DNA of 64,000 nt, taken from the human T2T-CHM13v2.0 reference genome, Homo sapiens. This document shows positions 1-10,647 of the stretch, piece after piece. The notes under the pieces were generated by a model. That model saw nothing but the letters and a program-made list of their open reading frames with translations. It was not told the origin of the DNA and ran no database searches. Within the stretch, counting starts at the first letter, position 1. Each line of letters starts with the position of its first letter. A program made the translations under genes and the position numbers. The stretch lies in assembly GCF_009914755.1 (NCBI RefSeq), contig NC_060930.1. One strand, 5' to 3'.

Positions 1-91
1 AGGCTGGTCCTGAACTCCTGACCTCAGGTTATCCACCCACCTTGGCCTCCCAAACTGCTAGGATTACAGGCATGAGCCACTGCGCCCAGCC
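1..91 (-). mobile_element. Alu (AluS-type) left arm, cut by window edge
   Basis: Reverse complement of Alu 5' end: ...ctcctgacctcagg...ggattacaggcatgagccactgcgcccagcc. Confidence 0.92.
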
Positions 92-729
92 GGGAGTGAG
101 CACTTTGCAAAGTCCTGGAGAGGCAGCAGAGGAAGAAGCCTGCTGTAAAAGTGTCACTTTCATTTAGTGAATGTGCTTCTACCGCTCTGGGCTCAAGCCA
201 AGAAAGGAGAAAAATAAGACCTGGACTTCTGACCCAGAGGCCCTTCTCTCTTCCTTTCCTGTCCTCCGCTCCTCTCTCCTACCTCACCGTTTGCTGAATT
301 GCAAGTCTCCTGGTTTAGCTGACAGAGGGACTAAAGGAAAGACGCCTCTTCTCTCCAACACAAGAGAGCCCTCAGGGGGATAAAAACCTCTGGAGCATTC
401 TCTTTCAAGACAATAACCCAGCTTACAAATTATCTTACTGATTAGGCTTATTCTGCGTGACTATTTGTTTGACGAGAGTTAGATCAGAGAGAGGCAGATA
501 CGTGCCTAGGCCCTGCTTGCATTCCTAGCCATTCCTATCTTTTCTCTTTGTATTCTTCCTGCAGCAAACCCAGATCTTGTCTAGGGATGGGATGCTAATG
601 GTTTATGTACTTAGGCAAAAGTGAAAAATTCATCAAGAATATTTCAGATATAATCCTGGTAGCTGTGTGTGTGAATGTATGAGTGTAAATACGTAACACT
701 TTAAAACAACAGACTTACTCTAGACGTAA

Positions 730-1215
730 GTTCTGCAACTTGCTTTCTTCACTGAATAAGTCTTTCCCATCTTTCCATATAGGTACTTGTAGACCGGCTT
801 CTTTTTAATGGCTTCATGCTAATCCTTCGTAAGGACACAATATACTTTATTTAACCCCTTTCCTTTAATTTTGGATGTTTCTAGTTTTTCTTTTTTTTCT
901 TTTTTCCTACCAAGAACAATGATGGTGAGGCTATGCTGGTGCATTCATGTGTTGCTTCCTGCCTAACTCCCCAAATGCAAAGAGAGTAGGCGCCTTATCT
1001 GCCTTTGTCACCACCTGCCTGGAACAGAACATACAAACAGATGAACAGAAGTGGATGAACAAACACAGTAAATGGATTCATCCTAATGGATGGAAGGGTT
1101 TATCTTTTTGTTCTCATGCACATTTCTGCAGAATACATTTCTAGAGGAGGAGCCATAGAGTCAAGGGCTCTGGATCCTTACATTTTACCGTGTGTCACCA
1201 CACTGGGCTCCAAGC
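730..1215 (-). mobile_element. Ancient L1 (L1ME-like) 3' fragments with an intervening L2-like piece
   Basis: ttctgcaacttgctttcttcact..., ttctagaggaggagccatagagtcaaggg resemble the antisense L1ME 3' end; very degenerate. Confidence 0.45.
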
Positions 1216-1254
1216 CTGTGGTACTGATTCACCTGTCCTCCAGTGGGTGGAGTA

Positions 1255-1465
1255 CCTAGAGAGCCTGCAGCAGGGCTGTGTGCAGGTGGCTTTGGGAAAC
1301 AATTCCAGGGAACGGGAGTGTGAGAGAAGGAAGGTAGTCAGAGGCAGAGGGGAAGCCAGTTCAGGGGAGAGTTACCAAGCTGATCCCCACTGAGGGCATG
1401 GAGAGCTCCTTCCCCCAGAGACCTTCTGAGGCACTGTGTAGAATGTGCCTCAGCATTTTCCCCTG
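1255..1465 (-). mobile_element. Degenerate ERVL LTR fragment (LTR16/LTR33/LTR67-type)
   Basis: gcaggtggctttgggaaacaattccaggg...ctgtgtagaatgtgcctcag resembles the antisense 3' end of old ERVL LTRs. Confidence 0.4.
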
Positions 1466-2244
1466 GGCCACGCACAGGAAGAACATGTGCGTCCACCTTC
1501 TGAACCTCAGCAGTCAGAGATCCCTGGACATAGGTCAACAGCTTGCAGCCGACCCTGGGGCGCCCTGGTTTATAAAGCAGTGAGGTGGACCCTAGCTGTG
1601 TAGACTCCCCTTAGCAGACTCTACTGAAAGCCCAGCACTGGCAAGAGGGGGCAACTCTACTTTTGCTCAGCTATTGATAGTGATTTTTTGTTGCCTCTTT
1701 TGCTGTTGGATGCAAACTTCTTCCTGGAGGAATCGCCAAGGGAGGAGGGTGGAGCCCCCACCCCACGTGCTGAACACACAGTGTGTGTGTGTGTTTCTGG
1801 GGATCTATCTGTGGATTTCTCTCTCACCACCAACCTTGATGCCACCCACACCATCCCGTGGAGTGACAGCTGAGGTAAAGGTGAAGCTCTAAAGTAGCCC
1901 ATAGGGCCGAGATTGCATGTAGATTAATTGCAGTTGAAAAATCCCCCAGACTGACCATAGAGCACAGTGGATGGAATGCTGGACTCAGTGAGGCCTGCGG
2001 AGACCATTTTCCCTCCATCATTGGATTTAATCTGTTTTTCCACTTCAGTACTTGGGAGCGGAGGGTTGTTTTCTTCAGGGGCGGTGTTGTATAAAATATA
2101 CGTATTTAACATTAGACCTACACTCGGTTCGGTGAGTGTCTCATACCACGCAAAACCCGGCAACCAAGGCTTGCAGGATCAGTGGAACTCCATCTTCTGA
2201 TGGTGTCCACGCCAGGTGTGGAGGGCAGGTTTGCTGGCACTGTC

Positions 2245-2614
2245 TGTATTATAGTGTGCTGGGGCTGTGTAACAAATACACAGACTGGGCAGCTTCAACA
2301 ACACACATTTACTGTCTCACAGTTCTGGAGGCTGGAAGTCCAAGATCAAGGTGTCAGGGGGGTTGGTCTCTTCTGAGGCCCCTCTCCTTGGCTTGCAGAT
2401 GGCTTTTTCTCCCTGCACCCTCCCTCTGTGCATGTCTGTGTCCTCATCTCCTCTTCTTACAGGACACCAGTCATGTCGGGTTACAGTCCACCCCCGTGGC
2501 CTCACTTAAACTAACGCCTTGAAGGTCCTATCTCCAAATACAGTCACTCTCTGAGGTACTGGGGGATGGAACATCAACAAAGGAATTTTGGAGAACATGA
2601 TTCAACACATCACA
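2245..2614 (-). mobile_element. MaLR solo LTR (MLT1A/MLT1A0-like)
   Basis: tgtatt...ctcacagttctggaggctggaagtccaagatcaaggtgtc...aggacaccagtcat...ctccaaatacagtcac...tcaca. Confidence 0.85.
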
Positions 2615-2680
2615 GTGCTGAAATCTCTCAATCTTTCTCCTCAGAGACACTTATGAAATCTCAATTGAAATCTCTCAATC

Positions 2681-3030
2681 GATCAATCTCTCCCTCTCTC
2701 TCCCTCTGTCTCCATCTTTCTCCCTTTCTCTCTTTTCTGCTTATCTATCATCTATCAATCAATCTATCCATCTGTCTATTTGTCTGTCTGTCTATCCATC
2801 CATCCATCTATATCTATCATCTATCTATCTATCTATCATCTATCAATCATGCACCTACTTATATCTATCTATCCTGTATATCTGTCTATGTCGTATCTCT
2901 CTACCATGTATATCTACCTCTGTCTATCATTTATCTTCTGCCATGTCTATCTACCTATCATCTATTATCTAGATATCTAGCTATCTTTTCCTCTGTCTAT
3001 GTCTCTTTCCCTACTCCCCTTTCTCTCTTT
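2681..3030. repeat. Degenerate (TCTA)n/(TC)n microsatellite
   Basis: Direct reading: tctatctatcatctatc...; this tract generates the spurious 161-aa ORF. Confidence 0.92.
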
Positions 3031-3071
3031 CTCCTCAGAGACCACTTATGAAAGGAGGCCACATGGATTTC

Positions 3072-3238
3072 CTTATTTAATTTTCACAACACCCTAAAGA
3101 TAGACATTATTCTCCCCATTTTATATATGAGGAAATGGAGCACCTTGAGGTTAGGTAATTATTCCAAAATGACACAAATTAAGTAAGCAGGAAAGCTGGG
3201 ATTTGAGCTTGCATAACCTGACTCCAGAATCTATGCTT
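3072..3238 (-). mobile_element. MIR SINE
   Basis: MIR core ccccattttatatatgaggaaatggag...aggttaggtaatt...ctgggatttga. Confidence 0.75.
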
Positions 3239-3339
3239 GGAACAGTAAAGGAGGCTGCTTTTTGAAGTATTTTTGACAATTTTTGCATTTTTTTGATAAG
3301 AGTTTTGGCCACATTCCATGGACTTTGAAATGTAGAGTT

Positions 3340-4470
3340 CTTTTTTATGTTATCTTCTAATTAATTAATCTTAGTATAATTATTTAATCTTTAATTTGAG
3401 AGTTATTTATAAATGCTTTTAAATTTCTAGGTTAGATGTGGAGGGCTATATTTTGTTGCCAGAATGTGGTATGTTCAATTGCTATTTATCTATCTTTGCC
3501 TCTGAATTTGTCAAGATTTTCTTTAAGGCACAGTCTATGAACAATTTCTATAAATTATCCATTAACATTTAGAAAAGATTTTCTGTTTTGTACAGAAATA
3601 GTATGTCTACTAAACAAAGCTTATTGTGTAAGCAATTCAAATGCTCTAATCGTATTAACTCTTTATCTAATGAAATTATTAAATTTAGATATAAGTGTTT
3701 TAAAGCTCATTGTGATTTTACCAAAATAACCTTGAATTCCTAAATTATTTTTCTTTCAATAGAAGTAGGTCTCTGCAATGTGATTTGGTGTGTAAGTGTA
3801 TATGACTGCCACAATTTCTTTAGAGATATTATCTTTTATCAATAAAATTCCTCAGCCTTATTTGATGTTTTTGACTATAAAATGTGCTTTGTGTGATGTT
3901 GGTATTTTTGCCATTTGTCATTGTTAGCATTTTCCTGATATATCCTTGCCCACTTCTTTATTTTCTACCTTTTTCTCTTTATCATTTTGTTTTAGGTATG
4001 TACCTTAAAATACCATTTAGCTAATTTTTGCTTTTTTATGTTGTTTATTCTTTTATTTTCAAATATAAGACATAGCAAGGGCAATAATTTGTTCCATGTA
4101 CATTATTACTTATTGTGATTAACGTCATATCCAATCTTTCTCCTGCCTTCTTATTTTATGTTTTCTATTCACTATGATTTCTTATTGCTTCCTCTTTTCA
4201 CCTTTCCTGCCTCTTCCTTCTTTGATCATTTTTTGTCCTTTTTTCTTCCCCTAGCAATATGAAATATTACATCTAAGTGTTATTCTAACAGTGGTCACCT
4301 TTATAACAAATGTATTTTATTCTACATGATTCTATCAAAGTTAAGTAAACATTATTCATAACCACCAGCCCTCATGTAAGCCAAGAATTGTAACATGCAC
4401 TTACTTCCCTTTTCTTCTCCTTATCACTTGGGTTATCCTAAATGATCTAGAATTTAATTCATATTTCTCC
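3340..4470 (-). mobile_element. Ancient L1 (L1M/L1ME) ORF2 remnant
   Basis: T-rich degenerate sequence with antisense L1 endonuclease-region character; boundaries approximate. Confidence 0.5.
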
Positions 4471-4504
4471 CTCTAGTATCCATTCCTTAAAAAATAGCCT
4501 TGGG

Positions 4505-4796
4505 GGCTGGGCATGGTGGCTCACGCCTGTAGGCCTAGCTACTTGGGAGGCTGAGGCAGGAGGATTGCTTGGGGTCAGTAGTTAGAGACCAGGCTGGAAA
4601 CATAGTGAGACCCCATCTCTACTAAAAAAATTGTTAAAAATGAGGCTGGCATTGTGGTGCATGCCAGTCATTACAGCCACTCCAGAGGCTGAGGTCACCT
4701 GAGCCCAGGGGTTCAGGGCTGCAGTGAGCTATGATCCTGCCACTGTATTCCAGCCTACACAACAGAGTGAGATCCTGTTTCAAAAAAAAAAGAAAA
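4505..4796 (+). mobile_element. AluJ
   Basis: Dimeric Alu with J diagnostics (ggaggattgctt, gctgcagtgagctatgat) and an A tail. Confidence 0.9.
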
Positions 4797-4874
4797 GTTT
4801 AAAACGCATTAATTTTCAATATTGCATGCAATGAGAATTTGGAAGTTGCAAGCAGTTTCAATATCTTAGGGTGG

Positions 4875-5465
4875 TGTATAAGTCAGGATTCTCCAGGGAA
4901 ATGAAACCAATAGTATATAATGTGTGTGTGTATGTATGTGTGTATATTTATAATATATATATACATATTTATTATTAGTATATATAATATAAATACATAT
5001 AATTGTATATTATATATATGTGATTTATTATAAAATATTGACTCAACCAATTATGGAGGCTGAGGAGTCCCATGATCTGCAGTCTGCATGCTGGGGACCC
5101 AGGAAAGCTGGTGGTTTAGCTGGAAGGGCTGAGAGCTGGAGAGTCGATGGTGCAGATTCCAGTCTGGGTCTGAAAGCCTGAGAACTAGGAGCACCAGGGC
5201 AGGAAAACATCAATGTGCCAGCTCAAGCAGCCAGGCAGAGAGAAAATGCTTTCTTCCTCTGCTGTTTGTTCTACTGAGGCTCTCAATGCCTCAGATGAGA
5301 CCCACCCATCTTGGGGAGGGGAGGGCCCTCTGCTTTATACAGTCCACCAGTTCAAGGCTAATCTCTTCTGGAAACACCCTCACAGACACACCCAGAATAA
5401 TGTTTAACCACACATCCGGGCACCCTGTGGCCCAGACAAATTGACACCTAAAATTAACCATCACA
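4875..5465 (-). mobile_element. MLT2 (MLT2B-like, ERVL) solo LTR with internal (TA/TG)n
   Basis: tgtataagtcaggattctccag...ttgacacctaaaattaaccatcaca; perfect 5-bp target-site duplication (TSD) GGTGG at 4870-4874 and 5466-5470. Confidence 0.9.
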
Positions 5466-6454
5466 GGTGGAGAAAAAAAATCATTTTTGGTCAAATACTA
5501 CTCTTTATCCTGGGATAAAGAGCCCCTTTAAAAGTCAGGTAAGAAAAGTATCTGCTCATTAGGGGAATTTGACCGGCCCCAAATTTTATTTTCAACAGTG
5601 TTCTTTTTAGTGTTCAGTTCCTTGATTTAATGTTGTACTTCTTCGATGATCGTTCTCTCCTCTACAACTATTTTCTGTATACCTAGTTGGTTCTAGGAGT
5701 TTTTGTTGTGGTTTTATTCTTTTAGGTGTCACTGTGAATACCAGTCAGAATTTATAAAAGATATCTTCTGTTTCCTACAGTAAATCTTTTTAATTGAAAG
5801 TCCTTCAGACCAATTGCCTGGTTTAATTTCCTTTCTGTTTGCTCATTCTCCTCAAGAGTCCAATAAGTTACCTTTGCTTGATTATATTCATAAATTACAG
5901 TCTAGCCTGGTAGGACTCCATCAGCATCTTGTATAGGTTTGTATGTCATTCCTTCTCTAGCACATCCTGATCGAAAACACTCAAGCCCCCATCCCAGCGA
6001 GGATACTAAGTGGGAGAATGTTCCAGAATCAAGGAGGGCAACCAGCTACCTACTTGAGAGGCTTTGGGATGTTCCAGTGGCTCCCTACACACCTACCAAA
6101 AGCTGATTCACTTAACACATTGCATCATTGTGTGTCAGTGAATAAGGTTGTTATATAGTTAAATTTAAACTGTGTTCCCTCTGGCTGATAGTTTTTCAAA
6201 TTGGTAAAAATGACAGAAGGTTTCCTTCCTTTCAGTTTAGTTGTCATTCTTATGATTCCTTTTTATAGGTTTCTGAGAGGGTGTTTAAAAATTACAGGCA
6301 TATTCTCATTATTCTTAGAAGTCTTCCAACATCTTTTAACAGAGTAGATGTGTCTTTATGTACATTAATGTACATGATTTAATGATTCAAGTTATTAACT
6401 TAAAACCTGAAGTGCACCTAGGTATAGAAAGGAAGTGTCACATACTATGAAGAA

Positions 6455-7010
6455 TCCCTGGGCTGGGATTTAGATCTAGAGTCCAGTCCTGGCTTGACAC
6501 AAGCTGTGTGACTCTCACAAATCATAGTCAGGCCTCTGAGCCCAAGCTAAGCCATCATATCCCCAGTTACCTGCACATATACACCCAGATGGCCCGAAGC
6601 AACTGAAGATCCACAGAAGTGAAAATAGCCTTAACGGATGACATTCCACCATTGTGATTGGCTTCTGCCCCACCCTAAGTGACCAATGTACTTTGTAATC
6701 TCCCCCACTCTTAAGAAGTTTCTTGGTAATTCTCCCCACTCTTGAGAATGTACTTTGTGAGATCCACCCCCTGCCCCCAAAACATTGCTCCTGACTCCAC
6801 CGCCTATCCCCAAAACCTATAAGAACCAATGATAATCCCACCACCCTTTGCTGACTCTCTTTTCGGACTCAGCCCACCTGCACCCAGGTGAAATAAACAG
6901 CCTTGTTGCTCACACAAAGCCTGTTTGGTGGTCTCTTCATACGGACACGTGAGACAGTATCACCTCCCTGGGCCTCAGTTTCAATGTTCTCATCTGTCAA
7001 ATGAAGGCTG
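6455..7010 (+). mobile_element. MIR split by the LTR7B insertion
   Basis: agctgtgtgactctcacaaatca [LTR] ...cctccctgggcctcagtttc...catctgtcaaatg is one continuous MIR core once the LTR is removed. Confidence 0.65.
6526..6956 (+). mobile_element. HERV-H solo LTR (LTR7B-type)
   Basis: gtcaggcctctgagcccaagctaagccatcatatcccc...gaagcaactgaagatccac...aataaacagccttgttgctcacacaaagcctgtttggtggtctcttca; TATAA 6818-6822, AATAAA 6892-6897. Confidence 0.92.
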
Positions 7011-7107
7011 ATTATTCAGACATGTTGCATCCTATTCAGTTCTTCATTTGCAGGGATTAATAGCCAGATATGGAACTATATACAAGAACATAAAAAATAA
7101 AATACTG

Positions 7108-7200
7108 GAAGAAGAAGGAGGAGAAGGAGGAGGAAGAGGAGGAGAGGAGGAGGAAGAAGAGGAGAGGAGGAGAAAGAGAAGAAGGACAAGAGAAGAGGAA
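7108..7200. repeat. (GAG/GAA)n purine-rich low-complexity tract
   Basis: Direct reading. Confidence 0.9.
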
Positions 7201-7242
7201 ACCCTTTAGTATGTTCTAAGTCAATTGGGAGAAACCACATTA

Positions 7243-7604
<362 letters not shown>

Positions 7605-9203
7605 TTACACTTCCTGGAGGCTTGAGCATGATTAGGAATTCTTTTATCGAGGTGACTCAATACACAGGTTGAAATGTTGGCCAGGAGTTTGTCACAAGGA
7701 CCAGTGAGCAGTCAGGGGAACGATCAGCATGTGCTGAAGGGTGTACGCTCTGTGAGGAGGTTGGGAGGAGGCATGGGTTTGGCCACAGATGGAGAGATCT
7801 TGGGGCCCTACTAAAGATAAGGCATCTGCGGGGCATTACAGGAGACGATCTGGAGCTCAGGCAAGGGGCGGTAGAGCAAATTTGGGGGACAGTGTAGCAG
7901 AGCTGATGGCATGAGCCTCAAAGGGGGTGAGTGATGGTTTGCAGAAGAGTGATAGAAGAGTGCTCACTCACCTGAGGATGTGTAGAGACCGGGAAAAAGG
8001 GCAGTGACTGCTTAGACGGGCTAGAACCCATGCCCCAGTGCAGAGCAAGGTGTTAGTAATGGAAGGAGCATTTGATGAGGGCTTAAACAATTTTTGTTTC
8101 CAGTAGACAAAGATCCAGAGGGTACTAAAGAGAAAGTGGGGAAAGTGGCAAATAATGGCATTCCAAGTGGGAGAAAGTTGGGACAGCTGCATGGAGATGG
8201 CAATGCCAGGGAGGACGGGTGGCCAGCAGAGTTGGAGGATGGTGGGGATGATAAACAAGGTGGGCTCAGATGGCCTCAGGTCTCCTTGTCAAAACAGAGT
8301 AGGCTACTGGAAACCTCGTGACGACAGGAAAAAACAAGTAATTCGCAAGAATTCCTGCCTAACAATTTTCATAAGTATGCTGTTTAAATGTAAACGCACA
8401 ACAGCCAGTTTAATTAAGTTAATAGTTGGTCTGAGAAGAGCCATTCTGAATTAATAGTAGCCTGTTCCTCAGTGGCTTCACTGGCCTGATTGGTCACATT
8501 GTGCCCTCCCCGGTCAAGTCCTGGGTACTGCTGCACACTCCTTACTGAGCTTCCCTTTGTTGCTGGTAATTGCATGTACAAAGGTCTTTCAGGCAATGAT
8601 CCTTTAATTAGAAATTGCGCACTGAAAATAATGGTGCAGACTTCTATAACTAACAGGTGGCCTTCAGAAGCTAATTTTTATTGAAGTGTATTTTTAATTA
8701 GTGCAAACAGGAACATTTCCAAGCAGTGCCAACTCAGCAGTTCCATTGTGTGTCACAGGAGGTTGAACATTCAAGGTGGAGTCATGCATAGACAGGGAGG
8801 GCACTAATGTGAAGGAACAGGCTTGTTTAGGGAGCACCCCTGGCAACACCGGAGGAAAGATGATGTCACTCTTGCAGAATAGGGTGGTTTATCCTTTCTT
8901 GACATGTGCAGCCAATCATTAATTGGGATATACTGTGGATACTGTTAAAAGAATAAACTATGCTATTAGATACACAGTCCTGTATGAATTATCTGACACT
9001 ATTACAAGGTATATACATCTTACTTTTTCCGGCTCTGATTTCCACACTCTATACTTTGCTGCTATGCTTACTTAGCATTGGTTTCCTCAGATCCCATAGA
9101 TGCACTGGGAACTAATGATGACCACCAGAAACAGCTGCCAAATCTGTGCAAATTCCCCCCTATTGGCAACTCCAAGGACACTTGTTCACCTTCCGCCTCT
9201 AGG

Positions 9204-9212
9204 CTTTCTTCT

Positions 9213-9253
<41 letters not shown>

Positions 9254-9438
9254 TTCTTCTTCTTCTTCTTCTTCTTCTTCTTCTTCTTCTCCTTCTCCTT
9301 CTCCTTCTTCCTCTTCCTCTTCTTCTTCTTCTTCTTTTTCTTCTTCCTCTTCTTCATCTTCCTCTTCTTCTTCTTCCTCTTCTTCTTCTTCCTCTTCCTC
9401 TTCCTCTCCTTCTCCTTCTTCTTCTTCTTTTTTTTTTT
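9204..9438. repeat. (TTC)n/(GAA)n triplet tract with a pure (TCT)20 core at 9231-9290
   Basis: Direct reading; all-pyrimidine for about 235 bp; source of the poly-Ser and poly-Leu ORFs. Confidence 0.97.
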
Positions 9439-9730
9439 AAGTGAGAGGGTCTCATTCTGTCACCCAGACTGAAATGCAATGGCCCAATCTGTACAATCGT
9501 ACAGAAGTTATATGATCTGCTCATTGCAACTTTGAACTCCTGGGCTCAAGCAATCCTCCTGCCTCAGCTTCCCAAATAGCTAGGACTACAGGTGCACATC
9601 ACCAAGACTGGCTAATTAAAAAACAAACAAACAAAACTTTTGTAGAGATGGGATCTCACTATGTTGCCCAGGCTGGTCTCAGACACCCAGCCTTAAGTGA
9701 TCCTCTTGCCTCAGCCTCCCAAAGCTCTGA
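9428..9730 (-). mobile_element. AluJ
   Basis: agggtctcattctgtcacccag...ctcctgggctcaagcaatcctcctgcctcagc...gtagagatgggatctcactatgttgcccaggctgg. Confidence 0.9.
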
Positions 9731-10647
9731 GTCCCCTCTGGATTCTGAAAGGACTGTAGGCAAGAGGAGTCCTGGATTTATTACCAAGGCATCACCAGAG
9801 TAGGTATATTCCTGGCATCCCAGATTGGAATGATAGTAGCTTTTCAAAATGAGGTTAAAGAAGAGTGATTTTGTTTTCTTGTATAATCAGTAATATAGTT
9901 CAGCTAGTTAGTGGGCTAAACAGATTTTTTTCTCCAAAGGGGTTACCCTATTTATGTAGTGACTGCTTATTATGGTGCTGCAATTTTCAAGTACCTGACT
10001 TTTAATTGAAACTGCTTGGGCCTGGAGTTTTTTTGTTTTTATTGCTGGAAAAGTTTTAACTATGAATTCAATTTCTTGAATAGATGCAGTATTTTTCAGG
10101 TTATTTCTTCTTGAGTGAACTTTGGTAGTTTGTACCTTCAAGGAATTTGTTCATTTCATTTAAGTTGTCAAATATATGACATTTGTTTAAGTAGTATCTT
10201 ATTATATATTTAATATCTGTAGGATCTGTAATATCTTCACTTTTATTCCTGATGTTGCTAATTTGTGTCTTCTCTCTTTATTAGTCTGGTTTATGAATTT
10301 TGTTGATCTTTTCAAAGAACCAGCTTGTGGTTTTATTGATTTTTCTCTATTGGTTTGCTGTTTTACATTTCATTGATGTCTGTCCTTACCTTTTATGTCC
10401 TTGCTTCTGCGTGCTTTGGGTGTTATGGTTTTTTAAGGTGAAAGCTTCGATTATTGATTTTAGACCATTCTATTTTTTTCCTCTATTACATGCATTTACA
10501 GTTACAAATTTACCTCTAAGCACTGCTTTAGCTGTTTCCCACAAATTTTGATATGTTGTATTTTCATTTTCATTCAGTTTAATTATTTTTTATTGCCCAA
10601 GACTTTCTTTTTGATCTATGATAATTTACAAGTGTGTCTTTTTAAAT

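Noticed and set aside
7972-8124. 153-nt - strand candidate exon (ctttctctttAG ... CAG|GTGAGT)
   Set aside because: It lies in probable L2-derived sequence and gives no recognisable peptide; it shows that good splice-site pairs occur by chance on either strand
9078-9444. Poly-Ser and poly-Leu ORFs of 114-120 aa
   Set aside because: They are translations of the (TTC)n tract
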